A DNA stretch of 64,000 nucleotides from assembly GCA_902797035.1 (NCBI GenBank), contig CADBRH010000055.1, positions 13,178-77,177 on the forward strand, read 5' to 3'. Below are positions 46,003 through 56,059 of the stretch, one piece after another. Under the pieces are notes generated by a model that did not search any database, was not told the origin of the DNA, and saw only the letters and a list, made by a program, of their open reading frames with translations. How positions within the stretch are numbered: the stretch's first letter is position 1; each line of letters opens with the position of its first letter. The translations under genes were made by a program, and so were the position numbers. This DNA comes from an uncultured Bacteroidia bacterium (GTDB taxonomy: Bacteria > Bacteroidota > Bacteroidia > Bacteroidales > UBA932).

Positions 46003-48332
46003 TTTTGGAACCCGGTCATCGAGTAGGGCTTGTCGGCGGGCTTGAGGCCGCGGGACTTGTTGGGCTTGGAGGCCATCTCGAACTCCAGTACGCCTCCCTC
46101 GAGGAGGTCGGAGTGGGTGATGTAGAGTTTCGAATACTCCTTGCCGTTGAGGAGGACCCTCTTGACGTAGCGGTTCTTGTCGCTCACCTTGGGGGCTTTG
46201 ATAGTCAACGATTTCCCGTTGGGAAGATTGATTGACACCTCTTTCAGGAAAGGCGCGCCGAAGACATATTGGTCACTTCCGGGGCAGACCGGGTAGAAGC
46301 CAAGGACACCGAAAATGTACCAGGCGCTCATCTGGCCGCAGTCGTCGTTGCCTCCGAGCCCTCGGATCTCCGGACGGTACATCCTGTTGATGATCTCCCT
46401 CATCCAGTACTGGGTCTTCCAGGGCTGGGAGGTCCAGGCGTAGAGATAAGGAATATGATGGCTTGGCTCGTTGCCGTGGACATATCCCCCGATCAGGCAG
46501 TCCTTGGTGATGTCCTCGTTGTCAGCGTAGGCGTATTCCGGCAAGTCGTTGTAGAAGAGTTCGTCAAGCGCGGAGACGAACTTTTTCCCTCCGCCCATCA
46601 AATCCATCACCCCGTAGATGTCCTGAGGGGCGTGGAAGGTGAAATTCAGCGAGTTGCCCTCAATGAAGCCTTCCCCGACCGTCTGCATGATGTCGAAGTC
46701 CTTCTTGTAGGTCCCGTCCTTGTATTTGGGTCGGCAGAATCCAAGGTCCGTGTCGAAGACGTTCCGGTAATACAGCGCCCTGGGGGCGTATTCCTTGGCT
46801 ACGGCGTCATCTCCGGCGATTCTGGCGGTGTTCCAGATGGTCCAGTCGTCGTAGGAATACTCAAGGGTATTGCTGGCCGCCGTGGCGATGTTGTCATAAG
46901 GGACGTAGCCGAGTTTCATGTAGTCGCCAAGGCCGCAGTACCATTCCTGTCTGGATGTGGTCACCATGGCCTCCAGCGCCCTCTTTTTGTCGATGTTCAG
47001 CCCCTTCGCGATGGCGTCCGCCAGCACCGGGACGGCGTGGTATCCGCTCATGCACCAGTTCTCGTTCGCCATATGGCTCCAGACCGGAAGCATGTGAAGG
47101 ACGTTCTGGTCGTAATGGGCCAGCATGGACTTCACGATGTCCTCGTCCCTGTCTGGCTTGAAAAGGGCGAGGAAAGGATGCTCCGCCCTGTAGGTGTCCC
47201 AAAGGGAGAACACAGTGTAATTCGTGAACCCGTCGGCGTGGTGGATCTCATGGTCCAGACCCCTGTAGGCCCCGTCCACATCCATATAGACCGAAGGGTT
47301 TATCATCGTGTGGTACAGGGAGGTGTAGAACATCTTCTTCTCGGCGTCTGTCCCGGTCACCTCCATCTGCGAGAGCTCTTTCTCCCAGGCTTTCTCCGCC
47401 GCCGCCGCGATCTGGTCGAATGTCTTGCCCTCGGCCTCGGCCTTCAGGTTCTTGAGAGCGCCGGTGGTCCCGGTAGAGGACAGGGCGACTTTGACGGTCA
47501 GCTTTGGGTTTTTCGAGGTGGCGAACTTGAACCAGGCCACGAGCTTGCGACCGGCCATCGCCGCGAAGTTCCTGCTTGTGTCGAATTTCGACCAGCCTCC
47601 CTTGTAGTCGATTCTCTGGCGGTCAGTGTAGCCGTATTCGACGACGGGTTGTGAGAACTCGATGGCGAAATAGGTGTAATTAGTTCTGGCCCAGCCGTTT
47701 GTGATACGGTATCCCACAACGTGGGTGGGGTCCTGCACCTGAACCTCGGCCCACAGGGTTTTGCCGTCGTAGTCATAGATGCCGTGAATGAGGTCAAGGA
47801 TCAGATGTCCATCGGCGGGGAAGGTATACTCATGAACTCCTACCCTCTCGGTGGCGGTCAGCCTCGCCTTGACGCCATAGTCGTCCAGCGTGACCTCGTA
47901 ATATCCCGGTCGGGCTTTCTCGCTGTCGTGGCTGTAACGGCTGCGGAAACCGCTGTCAGGGTTGTCAGCCGTGCCGGGGTTCAGCTTAATGGGGCCGGTG
48001 GCCGGCATAATCAGGATGTCCCCAAGGTCGGAGTGGCCGGTGCCGCTGAAATGGGTATGGCTGAAGCCGACGATGGTGGGGTCGGTGTACCGGTAGCCGG
48101 CGCAGGTCTCATAAACCATCGGTTGGTACTTCCCGAGAATATTGTGTGGGATGGAGTCCGTGTCCGGGCTTAGCTGGACGCCTCCGAAAGGCACGCAGGC
48201 GCCGGGGAAGGTGTGACCCATGCCGTCGGTCCCGATGAAGGGATCCACATAGCTAGTCTTGGTCTGGCCGGCGGCGGCGAGGCAGAGAAGCAAGGCCGCT
48301 CCGACGAGTATAAGGTGTTTTTTCATATTCAT
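45999..48332 (-). CDS. GH92 alpha-mannosidase
   Basis: VDPFIGT.GMGHTFPGA, HTHFSGTG, FSLWDTYRA, HGNEPSHH, GNDDCGQMSAWY. Confidence 0.95.
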   Translation of the reverse strand: MNMKKHLILVGAALLLCLAAAGQTKTSYVDPFIGTDGMGHTFPGACVPFGGVQLSPDTDSIPHNILGKYQPMVYETCAGYRYTDPTIVGFSHTHFSGTGHSDLGDILIMPATGPIKLNPGTADNPDSGFRSRYSHDSEKARPGYYEVTLDDYGVKARLTATERVGVHEYTFPADGHLILDLIHGIYDYDGKTLWAEVQVQDPTHVVGYRITNGWARTNYTYFAIEFSQPVVEYGYTDRQRIDYKGGWSKFDTSRNFAAMAGRKLVAWFKFATSKNPKLTVKVALSSTGTTGALKNLKAEAEGKTFDQIAAAAEKAWEKELSQMEVTGTDAEKKMFYTSLYHTMINPSVYMDVDGAYRGLDHEIHHADGFTNYTVFSLWDTYRAEHPFLALFKPDRDEDIVKSMLAHYDQNVLHMLPVWSHMANENWCMSGYHAVPVLADAIAKGLNIDKKRALEAMVTTSRQEWYCGLGDYMKLGYVPYDNIATAASNTLEYSYDDWTIWNTARIAGDDAVAKEYAPRALYYRNVFDTDLGFCRPKYKDGTYKKDFDIMQTVGEGFIEGNSLNFTFHAPQDIYGVMDLMGGGKKFVSALDELFYNDLPEYAYADNEDITKDCLIGGYVHGNEPSHHIPYLYAWTSQPWKTQYWMREIINRMYRPEIRGLGGNDDCGQMSAWYIFGVLGFYPVCPGSDQYVFGAPFLKEVSINLPNGKSLTIKAPKVSDKNRYVKRVLLNGKEYSKLYITHSDLLEGGVLEFEMASKPNKSRGLKPADKPYSMTGFQK

Positions 48333-48337
48333 TCAGC

Positions 48338-49420
48338 TTATTTTATGCCGTATTTCCGGAGAATCTTCTTGACAGGTTTCTCGATGGACCTTGCCCAGAG
48401 CTGGTAGCCGCGGTCGGAGGGATGGGTGCCGTCCTGGGTGGTCTCATGGTCCTCGGCCGAGGCGTTCGGATAGATGTAATAGACGTCCTTGTACTTCTTG
48501 CAGGCGACCTTCATCAGGCTGTCGGCGAAAGCGATCCTGTCAGCCTCGGCTTTGGCTGAGCCGGTGTTGAAGTTGCGCCACTCGCGGTAGATCGTCCTTT
48601 GGAAAATCAATGGTTTGCCGGGATGGGCGGCTTGGACTTTCTCGATGAACGGGAATAGCCTTTCCTTGATCTGCTCGATGGAAGGATTTGAGAATGAGTC
48701 GAATATGAAGGCGTCCACATCAGCCGCCGCCAGCACGTCGGCGAAATAGTCCTGAAGCTTGCAGTTGCCGCTGCACCCCAGGCTGAGAAGCTGCAGGCCG
48801 GTCTCCCTTGAGAAGACCGCCGGGTAGGTCATGCCGGCCCTGCTGGTAGAGATCCCGTGGGTGAAACTTGACCCGAAAATCCCGATCCTGTGGCGGAACG
48901 GATTGGGTAGCGGCTCAATGACCGATCCTTTCTCGACACCGAGTTTCACCGAATATTCCTCGCTCAGGATCGGAAGGTACAGCAGGCACTCTTTCATACC
49001 GCCGTCCATGTTGGCGATAACGTTGAACGGCTTCGTGAGGTCACCTGCCACACCGGCGCCGGCCCAGATCCACTTGCCGTCCCGGCGGATGTAAAGGTCA
49101 TAACCTCTCGCCGAGTACCCTCCAGTGTTGTTGGGGTAACCCACGTCACCATATTCGGTGAGGACGGAGATGGTCTTGGAATTGGTCTTGAAGGCCACGG
49201 AGATCCCGGAGGACTCGCGCACCTGGATGTTCTCGCTCCTTGTGAACCCCTTGAACTTGACAGTGTCCACCCTGTGGTAGGGGTTGGGTGTGTCCATGAG
49301 TTTGCCGACCAAGGTCAGGTCAGAGGCTTCGGTGTAAACGAATTTGTCATCCGCCGGAGTCTGGGCGGCCATCTGAAAGGCCATCGCGGAGATCAGGAAG
49401 AGGGTGGTCAATTTTTTCAT
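48338..49420 (-). CDS. SGNH/GDSL hydrolase (GxDLY N-terminal domain)
   Basis: GYDLY; FGSSFTHG, LGCSGN, DGTHP. Confidence 0.88.
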   Translation of the reverse strand: MKKLTTLFLISAMAFQMAAQTPADDKFVYTEASDLTLVGKLMDTPNPYHRVDTVKFKGFTRSENIQVRESSGISVAFKTNSKTISVLTEYGDVGYPNNTGGYSARGYDLYIRRDGKWIWAGAGVAGDLTKPFNVIANMDGGMKECLLYLPILSEEYSVKLGVEKGSVIEPLPNPFRHRIGIFGSSFTHGISTSRAGMTYPAVFSRETGLQLLSLGCSGNCKLQDYFADVLAAADVDAFIFDSFSNPSIEQIKERLFPFIEKVQAAHPGKPLIFQRTIYREWRNFNTGSAKAEADRIAFADSLMKVACKKYKDVYYIYPNASAEDHETTQDGTHPSDRGYQLWARSIEKPVKKILRKYGIK

Positions 49421-49441
49421 CGTATTTCAACGCTAGCTTTA

Positions 49442-49480
49442 CAAATGTACGATTTTTGACGAATAATATGATTAACTTTG
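49442..49480. promoter_or_regulatory. divergent promoter pair (TACATTTG minus, TAACTTTG plus)
   Basis: TAnnTTTG matches at 49442-49449 (-) and 49473-49480 (+) between the SGNH and GH51 genes. Confidence 0.55.
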
Positions 49481-49502
49481 CTAATACTTGATTCCTCTGA
49501 AT

Positions 49503-51032
49503 ATGAAAAGATTTGTCCTTATCGCCTTGTCGGCGTTTCTCCCGTTTGTCCCTGTCTCTTCCCAGAACTCGATGACAGTCAAACCAGGAGCCGGGCGAGT
49601 CGAGTATAACCCCATGATATTCGGCGCCTTTCTGGAGCACTTCGACAACCAGGTCTATGGCGGGGTCTTCTGCCCCGGCAGCCCTCTCTCAGATGAGGAC
49701 GGTTTCCGGAAAGACGTCATCGAGGCCGTGAAGGAGCTCAAGGTGCCGATAGTGCGTTGGCCAGGCGGGTGCTTCGTCTCGGCTTACCACTGGAAAGACG
49801 CTGTAGGCCCAGACCGCCAGAGCGTCTGGGACAAGGCCTGGCAGGTTGAGGATCCCAACACATTCGGCACGGACGAGTTCGTTAAATGGTGCCGCAAAGT
49901 CGGGTGCGAGCCGTTCATCTGCACGAACGCCGGCACCGGCACGATGGAGGAGATGAGCGACTGGGTGGAATACTGCAACCAGACTGTCGGGAAGTTCGCC
50001 CGCCAAAGGGCGGCCAACGGCTCCCCGGAGCCTTTCAACGTGAAGTACTGGAGCATAGGCAACGAGAACTGGGGAATGCACGAGCTGGGCGAGAAGAGTC
50101 CAGAGGAGTGGGGCCCGCTAGTGACCGAGAGCGCCAAGCTGATGTTGAGCGCCGATAAGAACATAAAGCTTTTCGCCGCCGCCCTGCCGGACAGGTACTG
50201 GACTTTGCCCCTGCTGAAAAAAGCGGGCTATCTTCTTGATTATGTGTCCATTCACGGGTATTGGGCCGGGCATGACATAAGCAGGGACCCCGGCACCTAT
50301 CTCCAGTGCGTGTTGAGGACGGGATGGCCTGAGGACAGCATAAACAACACCATCAAGATCCTTGAGGAGGCGGGGATGGAGGGCCGGATCAAGATCGCTT
50401 TCGACGAGTGGAACCTCAGGGGCTGGTACCATCCGGGGATAGGGAACCTCAAGGTCGGCTACGACTATCAGGCCCGCCGGGAGAACGACATCGCCTCGAC
50501 TTACACCATGGCCGACGCGGTGTTCACGGCCTGCTTCCTGAATACTTGCCTGCGTCACGCCGACAAGGTCGAGATAGCCTGCATATCCCCGATAGCGAAC
50601 ACCAGAGGGCCGATATTCGTGCATCCGGAGGGTATTGTAAAGAGGACATCCTTCTATGCCATGAAGATGTATTCCAACGATTTGCTTCCCTATGTGGTCC
50701 CGACGGTCAACGTCGTCGATCCTCTTCCTGTGGAGGATGACTCGACCGGGGTGCTGGATGTGCTCCTGACTTCCGACGCGGCCGGGAAGAGGTTCGTCTG
50801 CGCTGTCACGAACAAGCATCCCGAGAAAGCGGAGCCTCTCACTATCGACTTCAAGGGCATGGGCCTCAAGACGCCGAAGAAGGTGTCCGCGAGGGTACTG
50901 TGCGGGGATTCCGCTTTGGACTACAACGACATAGGCGACGAGAGCGTCAAGCCTTTCGACACGACCATGACCGTCAAGGATGGTGTTGTCAGCGTTCCCG
51001 CCCATTCCGTGACTTTCCTTTTCCTTGAATAG
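49503..51032 (+). CDS. GH51 alpha-L-arabinofuranosidase
   Basis: FGAFLEH, RWPGGCF, FGTDEF, WSIGNENWG, AFDEWN, PAHSV. Confidence 0.93.
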   Translation: MKRFVLIALSAFLPFVPVSSQNSMTVKPGAGRVEYNPMIFGAFLEHFDNQVYGGVFCPGSPLSDEDGFRKDVIEAVKELKVPIVRWPGGCFVSAYHWKDAVGPDRQSVWDKAWQVEDPNTFGTDEFVKWCRKVGCEPFICTNAGTGTMEEMSDWVEYCNQTVGKFARQRAANGSPEPFNVKYWSIGNENWGMHELGEKSPEEWGPLVTESAKLMLSADKNIKLFAAALPDRYWTLPLLKKAGYLLDYVSIHGYWAGHDISRDPGTYLQCVLRTGWPEDSINNTIKILEEAGMEGRIKIAFDEWNLRGWYHPGIGNLKVGYDYQARRENDIASTYTMADAVFTACFLNTCLRHADKVEIACISPIANTRGPIFVHPEGIVKRTSFYAMKMYSNDLLPYVVPTVNVVDPLPVEDDSTGVLDVLLTSDAAGKRFVCAVTNKHPEKAEPLTIDFKGMGLKTPKKVSARVLCGDSALDYNDIGDESVKPFDTTMTVKDGVVSVPAHSVTFLFLE

Positions 51033-51050
51033 ACCTTAAAACCCTTGGAT

Positions 51051-52475
51051 ATGAGAAAACAGCTGTTCTATATTCTCGCCGCCTTGGCGGTAATCTCATG
51101 TGAGAGAACGGTAGCGCCAACGGCTTTCGACGAGTCAAAGGTGGTCCTCTCGCTAGGAGTCGTGAGCGACGTCCACATCAACACGGCGCTCCCTGTCACC
51201 TCAGCCAAATGGGAAAACGCCCTTAAGCTTCTTCAAGAGAAGGCGGCTGAGAGCGATCCCGACGGCTTGGACGGTGTCCTCGTGGCCGGAGACATGATCG
51301 ACTATCCCAACGAGGATTTCATAATGGAGTTCAAGCGGGTTTACGAGTCGGTTCTGGACCCTGTGAAGACCCCTCTCGTCTATACTGTCGGCAATCACGA
51401 CGTGCCTGATTACCGATGGAACGAGACGATGGTCACCGATGCCGGCTATATAGCCAAAGCTCTGGGCGACAATTATTTCCTGACAGATTTGGACAAGGAG
51501 GCGTTCGATGGTCTTGAGTGCCGTCATTGCGCTGTGGGTGATTATAATATCCTCTCCGTTTCCCCCAACGGGACCAGCCCGGTAACATATTCCCCGGAGG
51601 CCCTGGAATGGCTGGACGCCAAATTGTCGGCGATCACTTCAAAGAATCCTTCACGTTATGTCATCGTGATCACCCATCCGATGTTGTATGACACCGTGTA
51701 TGGAAGTCTTCTCGGGGAGGCGGACGGGATTTGGAAATCCTATCTTCCCGGCTACTGGGCGACAAGGGAGTTGCCGGAGATCCTGTCAAAATACCCTCAG
51801 GTTGTGGCCTTCGGCGGCCATCTACACTTCCCTTTGAATGACCCCCGAAGCGTCTGGCAAGGCGATTTCACGGCCCTAGGATGCGGTTCGGTCAGGTATA
51901 TGGCTCTGGAGGCCGGGGGTTACGAGGACATGGCCGGGCAGACCACGATGAAGGACAAGGACGAGTTCTCGCAAGGCAACCTTCTGCAGTTTGACTCGAA
52001 CGGGAACATGAGGATTCTCCGGATGGATTTCTATAATAAGGATGTCATCGGGGAACCACTTCTCATGTCTCACCCGCTCAAGGACAAGAGGCATCTTGAG
52101 GCATATTCGTTCCCTCCGCGCCAAGCCGCGAACGAGGCGCCGTCGCTTACCTCGCTGAACGCCTCTTATGTGGCTCCGCCGGCCTCCAGGAAAAAGGACA
52201 GCCCGGGAATAATCTCCGTCAGTTTCCCGGCCGGGAGCGACGACGAGTTCGTCCACCATTATGTGGTGGAGCTGTCCTCCGGGGGCGAGGTTCTCGCCAC
52301 CAAGAGAATCCTCGCGGATTTTTACAAATACCCGTCACCTTCTATGATGAAGACCTCATGGGAGGTCGCTTTCGCCCTGGAGGAGTATCCCGAGAAATGT
52401 GTCGTGTCCCTTACGGCTTACGACTCCTGGGACGCTTCCAGCGAGACTCTGACGAAAGAGGTGGTGGTTAAATAA
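51051..52475 (+). CDS. calcineurin-like metallophosphoesterase lipoprotein
   Basis: Lipobox VISC; SDVH, GDMID, GNHD, THP, GHLH motifs. Confidence 0.88.
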   Translation: MRKQLFYILAALAVISCERTVAPTAFDESKVVLSLGVVSDVHINTALPVTSAKWENALKLLQEKAAESDPDGLDGVLVAGDMIDYPNEDFIMEFKRVYESVLDPVKTPLVYTVGNHDVPDYRWNETMVTDAGYIAKALGDNYFLTDLDKEAFDGLECRHCAVGDYNILSVSPNGTSPVTYSPEALEWLDAKLSAITSKNPSRYVIVITHPMLYDTVYGSLLGEADGIWKSYLPGYWATRELPEILSKYPQVVAFGGHLHFPLNDPRSVWQGDFTALGCGSVRYMALEAGGYEDMAGQTTMKDKDEFSQGNLLQFDSNGNMRILRMDFYNKDVIGEPLLMSHPLKDKRHLEAYSFPPRQAANEAPSLTSLNASYVAPPASRKKDSPGIISVSFPAGSDDEFVHHYVVELSSGGEVLATKRILADFYKYPSPSMMKTSWEVAFALEEYPEKCVVSLTAYDSWDASSETLTKEVVVK

Positions 52476-52494
52476 GATTGATACACAAAGGATT

Positions 52495-53250
52495 ATGAGA
52501 TTTGTCAGTTGGAACGTCAACGGCCTTCGTGCCTGCGCCGGCAAAGGCGAGTTCGACAAGGCTTTCACGGCTCTGGACGCGGATTTCTTCTGTCTGCAGG
52601 AGACCAAGATGCAGCCCGGTCAGCTTGACCTCGAGTATCTGGGATACACCTCTTACTGGAACTCGGCCGAGAAGAAAGGTTATTCCGGGACGGCGATATA
52701 TTCAAGGCATGAGCCACTGTCGGTAACTTACGGGATCGGTATTCCTGAGCACGACACGGAGGGCCGCGTCATCACTTTGGAGATGCCGGACTTCTTCCTT
52801 GTCTGCGTCTATACCCCGAACTCCCAGGACGGCCTTCGCAGGCTGGACTACAGGATGACCTGGGAGGACGCCTTCAAGGAATATCTGCTTGGCCTCAAAG
52901 CCCGCAAGGAGGTTGTCGTCTGCGGTGACCTCAATGTCGCCCATCAGGAGATTGACATCAAGAACCCCCAGTCCAACCGCCGCAACGCCGGTTTCACGGA
53001 TGAGGAGCGAAGTAAGTTCTCCGAGCTTCTTCAGTCCGGTTTCATCGACACCTGGCGCCACCAGCACCCTGACGAGGTGAAATACTCATGGTGGTCCTAC
53101 AGGTTCAACGCGAGGGCGAACAACGCAGGTTGGCGCATCGATTATTTCCTGGTCTCCGAGGGGCTTAAGGACAAAATCGCAGGGACGGAGATCCACAACG
53201 AGATATTCGGGTCCGACCACTGCCCTGTGGAACTGGTCCTGGACGTTTGA
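52495..53250 (+). CDS. xth: exodeoxyribonuclease III
   Basis: SWNVNGLRA, LQETK, GYSG, YTPN, GDLNVAH, GWRIDY, SDHCP. Confidence 0.96.
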   Translation: MRFVSWNVNGLRACAGKGEFDKAFTALDADFFCLQETKMQPGQLDLEYLGYTSYWNSAEKKGYSGTAIYSRHEPLSVTYGIGIPEHDTEGRVITLEMPDFFLVCVYTPNSQDGLRRLDYRMTWEDAFKEYLLGLKARKEVVVCGDLNVAHQEIDIKNPQSNRRNAGFTDEERSKFSELLQSGFIDTWRHQHPDEVKYSWWSYRFNARANNAGWRIDYFLVSEGLKDKIAGTEIHNEIFGSDHCPVELVLDV

Positions 53251-53312
53251 TAAAGAGAGATTTTCTTATTATCTTGTCGTGTTAAAGCGACTTATTTCAA
53301 CACAAGACCATC

Positions 53313-54812
53313 ATGCGACTGGTTAAGACCTTAAAAATCATGTTGCCGCTGCTCGCCGTCATCCTGGCCGCGGGATGCGGGGAGAAGGAGAAAGAGCAGC
53401 CGAAGCCGATTCTCCCCTCGGTCATCATACAGCAGGGAAGCCTCAATTTCCAAAGTTCTGGCGGGGAGCAGACGGTCTCGTTCGTCTCCACGTTCGATTG
53501 GGTCGCCAACTCTACCCAGAGCTGGGTGAAGCTGACCCCTTCTTCAGGAATGGGAGCCTCTTCTTGCCAGACCATCAAAATCACGGTCGAGGAGAATAAG
53601 GAGGACCAGCGCTCGGCCGAGGTGACAATCAGCGCGGCCGGGGTTAGCGGGACGATCAAAATCTCTCAAAGCAAGGGAGCCGAGGCGGCGGTTACCATCA
53701 ATGAGTTCTATTCCAAGAAGGTGGACAACTCTACATGGTACAAGGTCACCGGGGAGATAGTCGGGATCGCCAACCCCTTTTACGGCAATTTCTATATTGT
53801 CGATAATTCCAATTATCTCTATGTCTATGGCTTGACCACCAAAAAGGTCGCCTCCAATGACCAAAGTTTTCCTTCCCTTGGCCTGAAGGTCGGGGACAGG
53901 GTGACCTTCATGTCGCTGCGGAGCGAGCACAACGGGGTGGTGGAGGCCGGCGGTACGACCCCCGCCTATTATGTCTCACATGAGAGCGGCGAGTACAAGA
54001 TGGGCCGCAAGGAGGCGGCAGCCTCCGCCAAATGGCTCGAGCTTCCCGCCACGGATCCCGATGACGGGATGGATCTTCTCACCCATTTCTACCCTGACGG
54101 CAAGATGAGGAGCTATTCGTCCTATTGGGATTATGACGCGCTGGTCGCCCCCTGGGTGGCTTATCCTCTATGCAAAGGTATCATCGGTTCCGGCGCCCGC
54201 ACCATTGGTTCGGACAGGACGGCCAACGCCTTCCCGCTCGATCCCCTTCTCCCTCTTGACAAGCAGCCGTTGCTGAACAACAGTTATCAGAACGGCAACG
54301 GCGGAGCCTTCGACCGCGGCCATCAGCTGCCCCAGGCCGACCGCAAGGACATGAGGGTCAACATCGAGACTTTCTTCTCCACTAATATGACTCCTCAGCT
54401 CAACTCCCTCAACTCCAACGCGTGGGCTATCCTCGAGCAAAAGGTAAGAAGCTGGGCCGAGAACAGCGCCACCGACACAATGTATGTCGTGACCGGCTGT
54501 GTCACCGAGGGGAGTGAGCTTTATTCGTTGGACAATGACAAGAAGAAGGTCAAGGTGCCGGTGGGCTATTACAAGGCTTTGCTGCGGCTCGCCAAGGACA
54601 GGGCCACGGGGACTTCCGGGTATAACGCCCTCGCGGTGTGGATGGATCATGAGAAGAACACGGCGACCAGTATCACCAAGGCCATGACCATAAGCGTCGA
54701 TTCTCTGGAGAGAAAGGTTGGTGTGGACTTCTTCGTCAACCTCCCGAAGGATATCCAGGATGTAGTCGAGGCGGAGATTCCGGCCGATGTCGCCTGGTGG
54801 TGGAATAATTGA
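53313..54812 (+). CDS. DNA/RNA non-specific endonuclease lipoprotein with BACON and OB-like domains
   Basis: Lipobox AAGC; BACON-like W..NS..SWV.L.PSSG; DRGHQ, NMTPQ...LN...W..LE. Confidence 0.88.
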   Translation: MRLVKTLKIMLPLLAVILAAGCGEKEKEQPKPILPSVIIQQGSLNFQSSGGEQTVSFVSTFDWVANSTQSWVKLTPSSGMGASSCQTIKITVEENKEDQRSAEVTISAAGVSGTIKISQSKGAEAAVTINEFYSKKVDNSTWYKVTGEIVGIANPFYGNFYIVDNSNYLYVYGLTTKKVASNDQSFPSLGLKVGDRVTFMSLRSEHNGVVEAGGTTPAYYVSHESGEYKMGRKEAAASAKWLELPATDPDDGMDLLTHFYPDGKMRSYSSYWDYDALVAPWVAYPLCKGIIGSGARTIGSDRTANAFPLDPLLPLDKQPLLNNSYQNGNGGAFDRGHQLPQADRKDMRVNIETFFSTNMTPQLNSLNSNAWAILEQKVRSWAENSATDTMYVVTGCVTEGSELYSLDNDKKKVKVPVGYYKALLRLAKDRATGTSGYNALAVWMDHEKNTATSITKAMTISVDSLERKVGVDFFVNLPKDIQDVVEAEIPADVAWWWNN

Positions 54813-54825
54813 TATTCAAACGGAT

Positions 54826-55911
54826 ATGCGTAATAAAGCGGTATTCGCCCTCCTGCTGTTCCTCTTCCTCGGGAGCGCCGCGCTTCCCGTCGAGGGAAGG
54901 AAAAAGGATCATGTGATCGGGTTCTACAATCTTGAGAACCTCTTCGACACGGTCCATGACGAGGGAAAGAACGACTACGATTTCACGCCTGAGGGAAGGA
55001 ACGCCTGGACGGAGGAGAGATACAACAAGAAGCTTTCGAATATGGCAACGGTGTTGAGGGACATGAAGATCAGGAACAACGCCTGGCACACTGTCCTCGG
55101 TGTGGCCGAGGTCGAGAACGGCCGGGTTCTGGCGGATCTTGTCGCGAGGCCGGAGATCGCCGAGGCCGGGTTCAGTTTCATCCATTACGAGAGCCCAGAC
55201 AGGAGGGGAATCGATGTGGGCCTTCTCTACCGCCCCTCCGAGTTCAAGGTGCTGGAGAGCGTCGCCATCCCCTATGATTTCAATTCGGACATCTCGTTCG
55301 AGTACAATGAGGAGGAGCGGAACGCGTTCAGGACCAGGGATATACTCATGGTCAGGGGAACCATCGAGGGCGAGATGTTCTGTTTCTATGTCGCTCATAC
55401 CCCTTCGAGAGTGGGAAACAAGGGCGGGGACCTCAGGGGTCGCTCATGTGAGATTATCCGTCAGGACGCTCTCAGGCGGATGATCGAGTATCCCGGGCTG
55501 AAGGTGATCGTGATGGGAGACATGAATGACAATCCCGCCGACCCCAGCCAGGTGGAGTACCTTCACGCCAGGGAGACCATGGAAGAGGTCGGGGAAGGGG
55601 ATTTCTTCTCACCGTTCATTTCCATGCATAAGGCCGGCTACGGAACCGAGGAGTACCGCGGCGAATGGAATATATTCGATATCATCGTGGTAAGCAAGTC
55701 GCTTTGCGAGGCCCCGAGGGGTTCTTTCACCGTAAAGCCGGTTGAGAAAGGGATTTATTACGGCGGAGTGTTCGTCGAGCCGTACATGGTCCAGCAAGAG
55801 GGTCCCTATGCGGGCACGCCCAAACGGACCTTCTCCGGAGGCCAGTTCAACGACGGCTACAGCGACCACTATCCGACTTATATCGTGATATCAAGAAAAA
55901 AAGGCAAATAA
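54826..55911 (+). CDS. endonuclease/exonuclease/phosphatase-family protein
   Basis: FYNLENLFDT, EVEN, D.RGIDVGLLY, MGDMND, GYSDHYP. Confidence 0.9.
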   Translation: MRNKAVFALLLFLFLGSAALPVEGRKKDHVIGFYNLENLFDTVHDEGKNDYDFTPEGRNAWTEERYNKKLSNMATVLRDMKIRNNAWHTVLGVAEVENGRVLADLVARPEIAEAGFSFIHYESPDRRGIDVGLLYRPSEFKVLESVAIPYDFNSDISFEYNEEERNAFRTRDILMVRGTIEGEMFCFYVAHTPSRVGNKGGDLRGRSCEIIRQDALRRMIEYPGLKVIVMGDMNDNPADPSQVEYLHARETMEEVGEGDFFSPFISMHKAGYGTEEYRGEWNIFDIIVVSKSLCEAPRGSFTVKPVEKGIYYGGVFVEPYMVQQEGPYAGTPKRTFSGGQFNDGYSDHYPTYIVISRKKGK

Positions 55912-55914
55912 AGA

Positions 55915-56046
55915 ATGACCGGAAAAGAGTTATTTGAGCCGCCCAAAGTGACGACGATCAATTTGGATGTGTCGACTGTCATATTGATAGCCAGCACCGA
56001 GAATTACAAGGAGGTCGATGTGGACCCGTTCAGTGATGATGATTAA
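55915..56046 (+). CDS. small unannotated peptide (43 aa), F/YxxP-leader type
   Basis: MTGKELFEPPKVTTINLDVSTVILIASTENYKEVDVDPFSDDD*; starts 3 nt after the upstream stop and ends 13 nt before the next ATG. Confidence 0.65.
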   Translation: MTGKELFEPPKVTTINLDVSTVILIASTENYKEVDVDPFSDDD

Positions 56047-56059
56047 AACAGGAGCGACC

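Noticed and set aside
46269-47654. 461-aa ORF antisense to GH92, and similar long antisense ORFs at 8910-10268, 256-1275, 50118-51005 and 60481-61410
   Set aside because: Shadows of well-supported genes in GC-rich DNA
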